DNA of 64,000 nt from positions 15,506 through 79,505 of the forward strand of contig DASYXM010000083.1 of the NCBI GenBank assembly GCA_035934795.1, in the 5' to 3' direction. A model generated the notes under the pieces. The model was given only the letters and a program-made list of their open reading frames with translations, was not told the origin of the DNA and did no database searches. Origin of the DNA: Bryobacteraceae bacterium (GTDB lineage: Bacteria; Acidobacteriota; Terriglobia; Bryobacterales; Bryobacteraceae). Shown piece after piece: positions 53,625 to 61,868 of this stretch. The translations under genes were made by a program, and so were the position numbers. Each line of letters begins with the position of its first letter. The first letter of the stretch is position 1.

Positions 53625-55858
53625 TCAACGATGAACTCTCCTTCCACGCCGCGAACGGAGTCTGGAGCGACCCATACGTGGAACGTTCCCGGCTCGGTGA
53701 CGAGTTGCATTTTTTCGTTGTAGAAGGCTAGATCCGCGGCCGTAATCGAAAACTTGACAGCGACGCTTTCATGGGGTTTAAGGTGGAGACGGCGAAATCC
53801 CTTCAGCTCCCTGACTGGCCGACTTACGCTGGCCGCCTCCTGATGGACGTAAAGCTGCACGACCTCGTCGGCTTCGCGCTCCCCCTTGTTCGTGACTTTA
53901 GCGGCGATGGTGAGGTTTCCGCCCTTGCGCACCCTCGGCGCCGACACGCGCAAATCCGAGTATTCAAAAGTGGTGTAGGACATCCCGTATCCGAATGGAT
54001 ATTCCGGCGTAAAATCCACATCGAGGTACTTTGACGCGTATCCAAGGGGATTCACCGGATTCCCCATGGGGATCCCCGAGTCGTTTGCCGGCGCTGGCCG
54101 GCCCGTGTTGAGGTGCGCATAATAGATGGGCAGCTGGCCAACAGTACGAGGGAAGGTGATGGCCAATTTCCCCGAGGGCACTGCGTCGCCGAACAACAAA
54201 TCGGTAATCGCCGATCCCCCCATGGTGCCCGCATGCCAGGCGTACAGGATCGCGTTGACCCTCGACGCAGTCGTGTGAAACGTCAATGGGCGTCCGGCGA
54301 GTATCGCTGCCACGATCGGCTTGCCTGCCTTTGCGACCTCTTCGACCAAGGCTTCTTGAGCGCCCGGCAGGTCCAGAAAAGCGCGGGAGCGAGCTTCCCC
54401 CGATAGGTTCTGCTCTTCGCCCAGAAAGAGCAGGACCACGTCCGCCGTTCGTGCCTTCTCCAGCGCGTCGCGAAATCCGTCGCGGTTCGAGTCGCGGCTA
54501 TTTTTCAGACCGGGAGAGTATGCGATCCGGTTGCCGAACTCGCGACGTAGTGCCGCAAGCGGAGTCTCGACATCCTCGGCGCGGCCATCCATTGCCCACG
54601 TGCCCATCTGATCCACGGCACTATCGGCGAGCGGTCCGATGACAGCGATTCGTCCCACGGACTTTGCGAGCGGCAAAAGGTTGGCCTCATTCTTCAAGAG
54701 CACCATACTCTCTAGCGCCAGGCGTTTCGCGGTCTCCCGCGCGGCCGGGCTGATCCGAGCCGTAGCGGCGGCGCCGGGACGCTGATCGAAGAGTCCCAGC
54801 TTGAATTTCAGCCGGAGGATGTTGCGCACAGCGTCATCGACGCTCTTCTCATCAATCCGTCCTTGATCAATGAGTGCCTTCAGGTGATCGAAATAGGTTG
54901 TACTCACCATTTCCATGTCGACTCCGGCGAGCAACGCCTTCCTGGCAGCGTCCGCTGCGTCGGTGGCATAGCCGTGTTGGATCATCTCGGGGATCGCGGT
55001 ATAGTCGCTCACCACCACGCCGTCGAACCTCCACTCGCCCCGTAGGATCTGATGCAAGGTAAAGCGATTGCCGGTGGCCGGCACGCCGTTCAAAGCGTTG
55101 AAGCCCGTCATGAACGTGGCTACGCCTGCGCCTCGCGCACTCTGAAACGGGCGCAGGTACACATCGCGCAGCAGAATCTTCGGAATCCACGTGCTGTTGT
55201 ACTCGCGTCCGGCCTCGGTTGCCCCATAGCCGACATAGTGTTTTGCACATGCCGCCAGCGTGTTGGGGGAACTTAGTGACTCCGTCTGGAAGCCGCGAAT
55301 CATCGCGTCGCCGAGCACACTCGTCACATACGGGTCCTCTCCTAGGCTCTCGGCAATCCGGCCCCAGCGCGGGTCGCGCGAAATGTCGATCATGGGAGCG
55401 AAAGTCCAGCGAATTCCTTCCGCCGACGCCTCCTCTGCCGCAATCCTCGCCGCCTTCGCCACCAGTTCTGGATCCCAGCTCGCAGACTGGGCAAGAGGAA
55501 TAGGGAAAATTGTCCTGTACCCGTGGATTACGTCCCGCCCGAAAATGAGTGGAATGCCAAGACGACTCTCTTGCATGGCGATTCGTTGTGCTTCCGCCCG
55601 ATCCGCCGGAGCACCGGCGTTGAGGAAGGAACCCCACCGCCCGTGGCGGATTTCATCTTTGATCCGATTGGAGATCGGGCTCTTCATCGCTGTGGATTGC
55701 GACATCTGCCCGAGCTTCTCATCGAGCGTCATGCGAGCGAGCAGAGTCGCGATCCGCTTTTCGATCTCCGGCGGGGGCGCGGCTCTCAAGATCGTGGCCA
55801 TGATGACAAACGCAGCGACGCGGGACTTCCGCAGGGTCTGTGCGCTCCAGCGAGGCAT
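53621..55858 (-). CDS. Periplasmic beta-glucosidase (GH3, BglX-like)
   Basis: Motifs are 'LDEKLGQMSQ', 'GRDVIHGY', 'KHYVGYGA', 'GFNALNGVPA' and 'VVSDY' (nucleophile region). A C-terminal Fn3-like domain is present. It overlaps the trehalase start by 4 nt. Confidence 0.92.
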   Translation of the reverse strand: MPRWSAQTLRKSRVAAFVIMATILRAAPPPEIEKRIATLLARMTLDEKLGQMSQSTAMKSPISNRIKDEIRHGRWGSFLNAGAPADRAEAQRIAMQESRLGIPLIFGRDVIHGYRTIFPIPLAQSASWDPELVAKAARIAAEEASAEGIRWTFAPMIDISRDPRWGRIAESLGEDPYVTSVLGDAMIRGFQTESLSSPNTLAACAKHYVGYGATEAGREYNSTWIPKILLRDVYLRPFQSARGAGVATFMTGFNALNGVPATGNRFTLHQILRGEWRFDGVVVSDYTAIPEMIQHGYATDAADAARKALLAGVDMEMVSTTYFDHLKALIDQGRIDEKSVDDAVRNILRLKFKLGLFDQRPGAAATARISPAARETAKRLALESMVLLKNEANLLPLAKSVGRIAVIGPLADSAVDQMGTWAMDGRAEDVETPLAALRREFGNRIAYSPGLKNSRDSNRDGFRDALEKARTADVVLLFLGEEQNLSGEARSRAFLDLPGAQEALVEEVAKAGKPIVAAILAGRPLTFHTTASRVNAILYAWHAGTMGGSAITDLLFGDAVPSGKLAITFPRTVGQLPIYYAHLNTGRPAPANDSGIPMGNPVNPLGYASKYLDVDFTPEYPFGYGMSYTTFEYSDLRVSAPRVRKGGNLTIAAKVTNKGEREADEVVQLYVHQEAASVSRPVRELKGFRRLHLKPHESVAVKFSITAADLAFYNEKMQLVTEPGTFHVWVAPDSVRGVEGEFIVE

Positions 55859-55889
55859 CGGGCCTCACCCTCCCTTTCCCGCGTGCACG

Positions 55890-57188
55890 CTAGGAATATT
55901 TGCGAAATCCCGCGCGCTGCAATCCACGCTGAGCCTCCCGGCTCCTCATAAACGTACTCCACACGAAGCCGGTGCGCAGATTCTCCGCCATCAGCATCGT
56001 AATCCCGGTGTCGATTCCGATCACGTCCGAGTCGTACCAATTGCTCAAGGGATTAAAGGCATTCACGAAACCATAGCGGCACCAGGCTCCCGCTCCGTAA
56101 CGGCTCTTAATATTCTTCAGCACTCGCAAGGTCGCCTGAGGGAGAAATGGCAGCGAGCCTCCCGCTGCACTCGGGACAATGGTCCCGTCGATGGGGCCCA
56201 TCTCGGGAGGACCGCCCCACACCACGTAACCCTTTCGCGAGTCCGACGACGTGATTCCCCACAGGTCGTCGCTGTAATCGGGGAACCGCGACGCTAGCTC
56301 CCGACAGAAGCGTCGATGGACCTCGGTGCTGACCACAGAGTTCTTGAAGTAGTCGGCGTATTGGTCGCGCTTTCCGCGAAAGTCAAACCACGCTTGCGAA
56401 TATTGGTGTACGAACAGCGGCGCGTAGGAGCCTATGTAGCGCAGCCCGTCATATTCGAAGGTCTTTCGTTTCCAGGCGCGCCATGTCTCATCCGCCAGCG
56501 GATGCGAGAACGATCCGAGCCCCAATAGGTACATCATCATCAACTCGCTGTAGTAGTCCCATCGGTAAGTCAAGAATCCGACTTCGGGCGCCCAGCCGTG
56601 CGAGATCAGGGAGGTGTCTTCCGAAACCCAGCTCCAATCGACGCGGTTGAAGATCAGGTCGGCCAAGCGGGTGATTTCGGGATGCTGGAAGTACTCGCGG
56701 CAGGTGAGAACGCCGCACAGCAGGATCGCCGAGTCGACTGTCGATACCTCTGAATCCCAGACCCTTTCTCCCGTCGCGGCATTCGCCCAGTGATAGAAAA
56801 ATCCACGATGATTGGGCATCGTCCTCCACAGGAATTCCAGGCCGGCGATAACGCGTCCGCCCGCGGCGGGTAACGCCACGTAGCCGCGTTTGTGCCCGAT
56901 GCACAGTGCCGTGAGGCCGAACCCCGTAGCCGCGATACTCGCGATCGTCCCCTTATCGGGTGCCGCGTCCCGTCCGCGTACATGGCAACGGTCCTTGACC
57001 AAGCCCGTGCGAGGATCAGCCTGCTCCCAGAAAAACAGAAAATTGGCTTTCTCTAGCTCCTCCAGGAACTGCTCCTCTTCGGGAGAAAGGACGGCTCGGC
57101 CAGTGGAATCGGCGCCCCCAGGCGCTCCAAGCACGTGGCCGACGCCCGTCGCGAAGCATCCTTCAAACAGCCGTCGACGCGACAGCAT
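55890..57188 (-). CDS. Glucoamylase-family / DUF3131-type protein, candidate GH144 endo-beta-1,2-glucanase, Tat-exported
   Basis: The N-terminus is 'MLSRRRLFEG'. Other blocks are 'ANFLFFWEQADPRTGLVKDR', 'ASIAATGFGLTAL', 'GFFYHW', 'STVDSAILLCG' and 'YYSELMMMYLLGLGS'. Confidence 0.65.
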   Translation of the reverse strand: MLSRRRLFEGCFATGVGHVLGAPGGADSTGRAVLSPEEEQFLEELEKANFLFFWEQADPRTGLVKDRCHVRGRDAAPDKGTIASIAATGFGLTALCIGHKRGYVALPAAGGRVIAGLEFLWRTMPNHRGFFYHWANAATGERVWDSEVSTVDSAILLCGVLTCREYFQHPEITRLADLIFNRVDWSWVSEDTSLISHGWAPEVGFLTYRWDYYSELMMMYLLGLGSFSHPLADETWRAWKRKTFEYDGLRYIGSYAPLFVHQYSQAWFDFRGKRDQYADYFKNSVVSTEVHRRFCRELASRFPDYSDDLWGITSSDSRKGYVVWGGPPEMGPIDGTIVPSAAGGSLPFLPQATLRVLKNIKSRYGAGAWCRYGFVNAFNPLSNWYDSDVIGIDTGITMLMAENLRTGFVWSTFMRSREAQRGLQRAGFRKYS

Positions 57189-57384
57189 CCGTTAATCAAC
57201 ACCCCTTCGCCAGTGCAATCCTGATCCGTACACTTCGTTTCTTCTATTAGATATACACTTCCAAGGATGCCTGCAGGTCGCGTGGCGCTACATAGTCTGG
57301 GCTTATTTTTTAACTTTTTTTGCAAGCCGAAGAAACTGTTTTCGCCACTCCTTCATCGACATAGAATGTAGAGCAAGCGAAGAA

Positions 57385-58356
57385 ATGACTGGCAGACAGA
57401 GAACTGTTGGGGCCGCGGTTTGCGCCTTCGTCGGCCTTCTGGCAGTGGCAGGGATCAGACTACTTCGTTCCGAGGAACTGAGGTCCATTTCCGGCGCCAT
57501 CCTGCAGTTAGACAAGGACCCTGCGAAGCAGTTGCCGATTGCGAATGTAGAAGTTAGCGTGGGCGGTAACCTGGCGGTCGGACCGACCAAGTCGGACCCT
57601 ACGGGTTTCTTTCGTGTGACGCTGCGCCCGGGTGTCAGGGTGGGCCAGACCGCTACGGTCAGTCTTCGCCACCCGGATTATCGTCCTTTGGACTATCCGG
57701 AATATCTGCAAGACCGACTCTACGTCCTTCGTCTAGTTCCACGAGCACCTGCCAGTCTCGATCGACCGGTGGTGATCGGGGACTTGAGGGTCCGCTATAC
57801 GGTGAAGAGTGGGACCACGGTCAACGTCGGCAGCGCGTCGAAGACGTTCGAGGTCGTCAACAATGGGGATATCCCATGTCCGCGCCATTCCCCCTGTTCG
57901 CCGGATGGAAAATGGAAGGCGGCGATAGGCGGTGCGTCGATCGACGCCGGCGAAGGCAACCAGTTTCATGATGCCCGGGTGTCCTGTCTCGCCGGGCCCT
58001 GTCCTTTCACGAAAATCGAAAATGATTCGTTCTCGAAAGGAGGCCCGCACATAAGCGTCTCCGTTCGAAACTGGTCCGACACCGCAAGCTTTCTCCTCGA
58101 AGCGGAGGTCGCCCGTACCACGACCAGCGACGAAATTCGCGAATCGTTCCCCGTTATTTTCGGCCAAACCATGAGCTTTACGCTGCCACCTCCGGCTCAG
58201 GGGTCAAGCGTTGAAGCCACCGTCAACGCGGCCGAGATCGTGTATCCATTTGAGCGGGCGCTAAGCCTTTCGTGGGCCGGTTGCGACGTCAACGTGGCCA
58301 AGGACGGGACTAGGCTTTACCGATGCGAGCTCAAGCCTGGATATCGATTCCGCTAA
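57385..58356 (+). CDS. Membrane-anchored hypothetical protein with carboxypeptidase-regulatory-like N-domain
   Basis: The anchor is 'VGAAVCAFVGLLAVAG'. A further block is 'ISGAILQLD...IANVEVSV...DPTGFFRVTLRPG'. The central part is Cys-rich. Confidence 0.5.
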   Translation: MTGRQRTVGAAVCAFVGLLAVAGIRLLRSEELRSISGAILQLDKDPAKQLPIANVEVSVGGNLAVGPTKSDPTGFFRVTLRPGVRVGQTATVSLRHPDYRPLDYPEYLQDRLYVLRLVPRAPASLDRPVVIGDLRVRYTVKSGTTVNVGSASKTFEVVNNGDIPCPRHSPCSPDGKWKAAIGGASIDAGEGNQFHDARVSCLAGPCPFTKIENDSFSKGGPHISVSVRNWSDTASFLLEAEVARTTTSDEIRESFPVIFGQTMSFTLPPPAQGSSVEATVNAAEIVYPFERALSLSWAGCDVNVAKDGTRLYRCELKPGYRFR

Positions 58357-59735
58357 TCCATCGGCTTGCCGATTTCCTCAAGAGTCCGTCCCTTGGTTTC
58401 GGGCACGAATCGGAAGCAAAAGACCAGCGAACCCACGCTGATGAGCGCGTAAAGCCAGAACGTATACGCCGCTCCAAGATGTTCAACCAGGATCAAAAAG
58501 GTGAGCGCTACGAGCAGATTGAAGGTCCAGTTGCTCATGGTCGCGATGCCCATCGCGACGGCCCGAATCCGCAGCGGATAAATTTCGGCGATCAGGAGCC
58601 AGAAAATCGGCCCCAGGCTGATCGCAAACGAACCGACATAAACCATCACGCTCACCACCGCCAGCCGCGCCAGCGCGGGCGAGGCGCTCCGCATCTGGAA
58701 CACGAAGCCCAGCGCCGCAAGGCTCACAATCATTCCGGCGATACCAGTGAGCAGCAGGGGCCGGCGGCCAATCCGATCGAGAAGCCGAACCGACACGATC
58801 GTCATGATCACGTTTACGGCGCCCACGCCAGCCGTCGCCAAAATCGCTTGCGAAGCTGAATCGAAACCAGCGAGTTGAAAAATTGTCGGCGCGTAATAAA
58901 TGATCGTATTGATCCCCGTGATTTGCTGAAACATCGCCAGTCCGATGCCGACGATGAGCGCGTGCTTATATTCCGGAGCGAGCAATTCCTTCCAAGGGCC
59001 TAGGCCGCCGGAATCGGATGACGGGGCCCGATGGGCTTCGATGCCGCGAACCTCTCCTTCCACGTCTTGCGCTTCCGGACGCACACGCCTCAACACCTGC
59101 CTCGCCAGGTCGTGTTTTCCTTGGCGCACAAGCCAGCGGGGGCTTTCCGGCAGCATGAGCATCCCGATTCCGAGCACGAGGGCTGGAAGAGCCGCCAGCC
59201 CGAACATCCATCGCCAGTGTTCTCCTCCCGCCAGGAGATAGTCCGCCAGGTACGACACGAGGATCCCCACCGTGATCAGCAGTTGGTTCAACGAGACCAA
59301 GGCGCCACGGCTGTGGGCGGGCGAAATCTCCGAGATATAGAGAGGTCCGATGTAGGAACACATCCCGATCGCGACGCCTACCAAAACCCGCCCCGCGACC
59401 AGCGAACGTACGTCCGGCGCCAGGCCCGTCATCAGGCTGGCGATGAAGAACAGCACCGCGACGGCGATCACCATTCGCCGGCGCCCGAAACGGTCCGCGA
59501 GCCGCCCGCTGAAGCCGGCTCCGAGAGCGGCGCCCGCGAGCACGGCGCTGGTGACCCCGCCCTGCAGGAAGGGCGAGAGGGCGAAGTCCTTCTTCAGGAA
59601 TAACAGGGCCCCCGAGATCACTCCGGTGTCGTAGCCGAACAGCAGGCCGCACAGAGCCGCGGTGGCCGCGATCAACAATAACGACTTGTCGGTCCCATAG
59701 GTGGCCGCTTTCATCATGGCCGCTCGATGAATCAT
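58353..59735 (-). CDS. MFS sugar porter (sugar:H+ symporter family)
   Basis: 12 TMs, with 'GRLADRFGRRRM', 'PESPRWL', 'PVMFVAE-like IAEIYPLRIRA' and 'PETKGRTLEEI'. Confidence 0.92.
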   Translation of the reverse strand: MIHRAAMMKAATYGTDKSLLLIAATAALCGLLFGYDTGVISGALLFLKKDFALSPFLQGGVTSAVLAGAALGAGFSGRLADRFGRRRMVIAVAVLFFIASLMTGLAPDVRSLVAGRVLVGVAIGMCSYIGPLYISEISPAHSRGALVSLNQLLITVGILVSYLADYLLAGGEHWRWMFGLAALPALVLGIGMLMLPESPRWLVRQGKHDLARQVLRRVRPEAQDVEGEVRGIEAHRAPSSDSGGLGPWKELLAPEYKHALIVGIGLAMFQQITGINTIIYYAPTIFQLAGFDSASQAILATAGVGAVNVIMTIVSVRLLDRIGRRPLLLTGIAGMIVSLAALGFVFQMRSASPALARLAVVSVMVYVGSFAISLGPIFWLLIAEIYPLRIRAVAMGIATMSNWTFNLLVALTFLILVEHLGAAYTFWLYALISVGSLVFCFRFVPETKGRTLEEIGKPMD

Positions 59736-59795
59736 ACCGCGTACGCTGGCGCCGCAACCACAGTCGAAAGATACTGCCGAAAAACTCGGGAGGTA

Positions 59796-59876
59796 AACCG
59801 CTCCCTATGGTCGCGGCTCGGCAAGCCGCTGTAAACACAAAGCGCCCACAATGAACCGCGACCATAGGGAGCGGTT
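59796..59876. repeat. Perfect 21-bp inverted repeat with 39-nt loop between csbD and the MFS gene
   Basis: AACCGCTCCCTATGGTCGCGG (59796-59816) is the exact reverse complement of CCGCGACCATAGGGAGCGGTT (59856-59876). T6 lies at 59884-59889 on the plus strand and T5 11 nt after the stem on the minus strand. Confidence 0.85.
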
Positions 59877-59952
59877 ATTAGGGTTTTTTCAGCGACCTCT
59901 TAGAGCAACGGCGACGATGCAGCAGTCTGACAGGTGTGTCCAGCCAACCTGA

Positions 59953-60210
59953 TCAGCGCCTGCGGCCCGTGTGTTTTGTCCCGGCACCGCTTCCTGAGAA
60001 AGCTTCCTCTTCGTGGTAAGACTTCAGCCATTCATCCACGCGCCGCTTGGCTTCCTCGCGAGCGATACCGTAGCGTTCTTGGAGCTTGCCGATCAATTGG
60101 TCTTGCTTTCCACGAATGTAATCGAGGTCGCCGTCCGTGAGTTCACCCCATTTCTGCTTTACGGAGCCTCTGAACTGCATCCATTTCCCTTCGATCTGGT
60201 CCCAGTTCAT
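59953..60210 (-). CDS. csbD: CsbD-family general stress protein
   Basis: The sequence is 'MNWDQIEGKWMQFRGSVKQKWGELTDGDLDYIRGKQDQLIGKLQERYG'. An AGGAGG lies 10 nt upstream of ATG 60210. The ORF-track start is 60249. Confidence 0.85.
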   Translation of the reverse strand: MNWDQIEGKWMQFRGSVKQKWGELTDGDLDYIRGKQDQLIGKLQERYGIAREEAKRRVDEWLKSYHEEEAFSGSGAGTKHTGRRR

Positions 60211-60394
60211 ATTCAATGAACCTCCTTTCAAAGACGGACACATGCACACTGTTTTGGGCTACATGTGAGCTACCAATAACCAAGTCCTGCGGATTCATGA
60301 AGAGCGACTCGATCGAAGACGGCTCATGCCGGCAGAATTTGCTGGGTGGATGGAAAAACTGTAAAGCCAATGGGCCGTGCCTAGCCGACACTCT

Positions 60395-60462
60395 AAACTA
60401 CCCTCTTTTTTAAAACCGCTTCCAGGGCCATTTCCAGGCCCATGGCGCGAGGCGGGATGCAC
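60395..60462 (+). repeat. Copy 2 of the conserved ~57-nt intergenic element
   Basis: See 45152-45212. It abuts the stop codon (60463-60465) of the minus-strand response-regulator gene and lies ~185 nt upstream of csbD. Confidence 0.8.
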
Positions 60463-60960
60463 TTAGTGAGCGACGTCCCTCTGGTCGGCAAATGGGCGGG
60501 AAGCCGTGCCCCTTATTTTTTCAACGAACCGCGGCGACCCCGCGGCGGACAACTCCTCGGCCAGCGGTCGTAGATGATCGTAACAGCGAAAGCAGTTCAA
60601 AAGCCTCTCGCGGTCTATCGGCTTGACCAAGTAGGCGATTCGTCTGATGCCGAACTTGGCTTTGAGGATTTCGCGCTCCCGTGGTGAACCTGTCACCACG
60701 CAGATTGGAAGCTTATCGGAGTGAGGAACCGATTGGAGCACATCGATGCCATTGATCTTGGGCAGGTTGAGGTCCAGGACTATAAGGTCTGGGTCGGGCT
60801 CTTCGACGTACTCACCCCGTTTGAGGAGGAATTCCAAGGCCTTCTCCCCGTCGGTTACCACAGTCAATTCGTATGGGATCCCCATCCCGTCAAGTACGTT
60901 CCTCAGCCACAGGATATCCGAGTCATTGTCTTCGGCCGCAAACAGTCTGACACGGCGCAT
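60463..60960 (-). CDS. Single-domain response regulator (REC) with short C-terminal tail
   Basis: Motifs are 'LFAAEDNDSDI', 'DLIVLDLNLPKINGIDVL' and 'AYLVKP'. Confidence 0.85.
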   Translation of the reverse strand: MRRVRLFAAEDNDSDILWLRNVLDGMGIPYELTVVTDGEKALEFLLKRGEYVEEPDPDLIVLDLNLPKINGIDVLQSVPHSDKLPICVVTGSPREREILKAKFGIRRIAYLVKPIDRERLLNCFRCYDHLRPLAEELSAAGSPRFVEKIRGTASRPFADQRDVAH

Positions 60961-60983
60961 GAAACCACCTCGACGACCGGCAA

Positions 60984-60999
60984 CGCACTTGTCGTGCCA
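60984..60999 (-). promoter_or_regulatory. Candidate sigma-54 promoter for the REC gene
   Basis: The minus strand reads TGGCACGACAAGTGCG with GG-N10-GC spacing. The predicted start is ~13 nt before ATG 60960, leaving a GAGGTGG Shine-Dalgarno. Confidence 0.45.
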
Positions 61000-61159
61000 A
61001 TTTTCTTATCTCAAGTGGCAGCAGGAGGATCGATACTTGAGCCCTCCCGCATCGCTTGGGAATTCTTACCGCCCCACGCTCTTTTTACCCGCCCGTTTAC
61101 GATTCACGAACGTGGCGGGTCCGCAATCTGTCGAAGCGACCACCACCGCCAACAGTGTT

Positions 61160-61175
61160 TGGCACGTCAACTGCA
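61160..61175 (+). promoter_or_regulatory. Candidate sigma-54 promoter for the ECF sigma-factor gene
   Basis: TGGCACGTCAACTGCA matches TGGCACG-N4-nTGCA. It lies ~45 nt upstream of ATG 61218. Confidence 0.55.
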
Positions 61176-61217
61176 ACGCTTCGCGCGATCAACGCCTCTG
61201 TCAGACGAGGGTAATGC

Positions 61218-61847
61218 ATGGCATCGATGTGTGCTTCTGCGGTATCGCCGCACCTATGGTCCGGGCCTCCGGAACTTCCTTCGAAAGAAGCCGAGGAATC
61301 CCTGATCGATAGCGCGTTGCAAGGAAGGCCCGACGCGTTTGGGGACTTGGTGCGACCCTATCTGGGATCCCTGAATCGATTCGCCCGCACCAAACTGCGA
61401 TGCGAGTCTGAAGCGGAAGACATCGTTCAACAGGCCGTTCTGAGCGCGTTCAGCCACCTGCGAGAATTTCGCCGGGAGGCCAGTTTCAGGACATGGCTGG
61501 GCGCCATCGCCGTGAATGAAGTGATCCACTGGCATCGGGGGCGGGCTGTGGCACCAGTCCGGCCTCTCGACGAGACGCGCGCGGCAAACCTTGTAGACAC
61601 CTCCACTTCGCCCGACGCGCAATGCCGGCGAAGGGAGGAAGCTGAGAGTCTCCATCAGGCGCTGGCCAAACTTCCAAGGAAGTACCGGCAAATGATACAA
61701 CTGCGGGACCTTAGTGAACTTAGCGTGGCGGAGACCGCTCACGCTCTCTCCCTTACAGTGGGCGCTGTAAAGACGCGGCATCATCGCGCCCGCAAGTTGC
61801 TGGCGCACAGGCTTGCGGCTCCCAACTATCTGCCCGGTTCCTATTGA
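61218..61847 (+). CDS. ECF-type RNA polymerase sigma factor (sigma-70 regions 2 and 4)
   Basis: Region 2 is 'DAFGDLVRPYLGSLNRFA...AEDIVQQAVLSAFSHLREFRREASFRTWLGAIAVNE'. Region 4 is 'LPRKYRQMIQLRDLSELSVAETAHALSLTVGAVKTRHHRARKLL'. Confidence 0.9.
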   Translation: MASMCASAVSPHLWSGPPELPSKEAEESLIDSALQGRPDAFGDLVRPYLGSLNRFARTKLRCESEAEDIVQQAVLSAFSHLREFRREASFRTWLGAIAVNEVIHWHRGRAVAPVRPLDETRAANLVDTSTSPDAQCRRREEAESLHQALAKLPRKYRQMIQLRDLSELSVAETAHALSLTVGAVKTRHHRARKLLAHRLAAPNYLPGSY

Positions 61848-61868
61848 CTCCCCCAGGAAGGAAGCACT

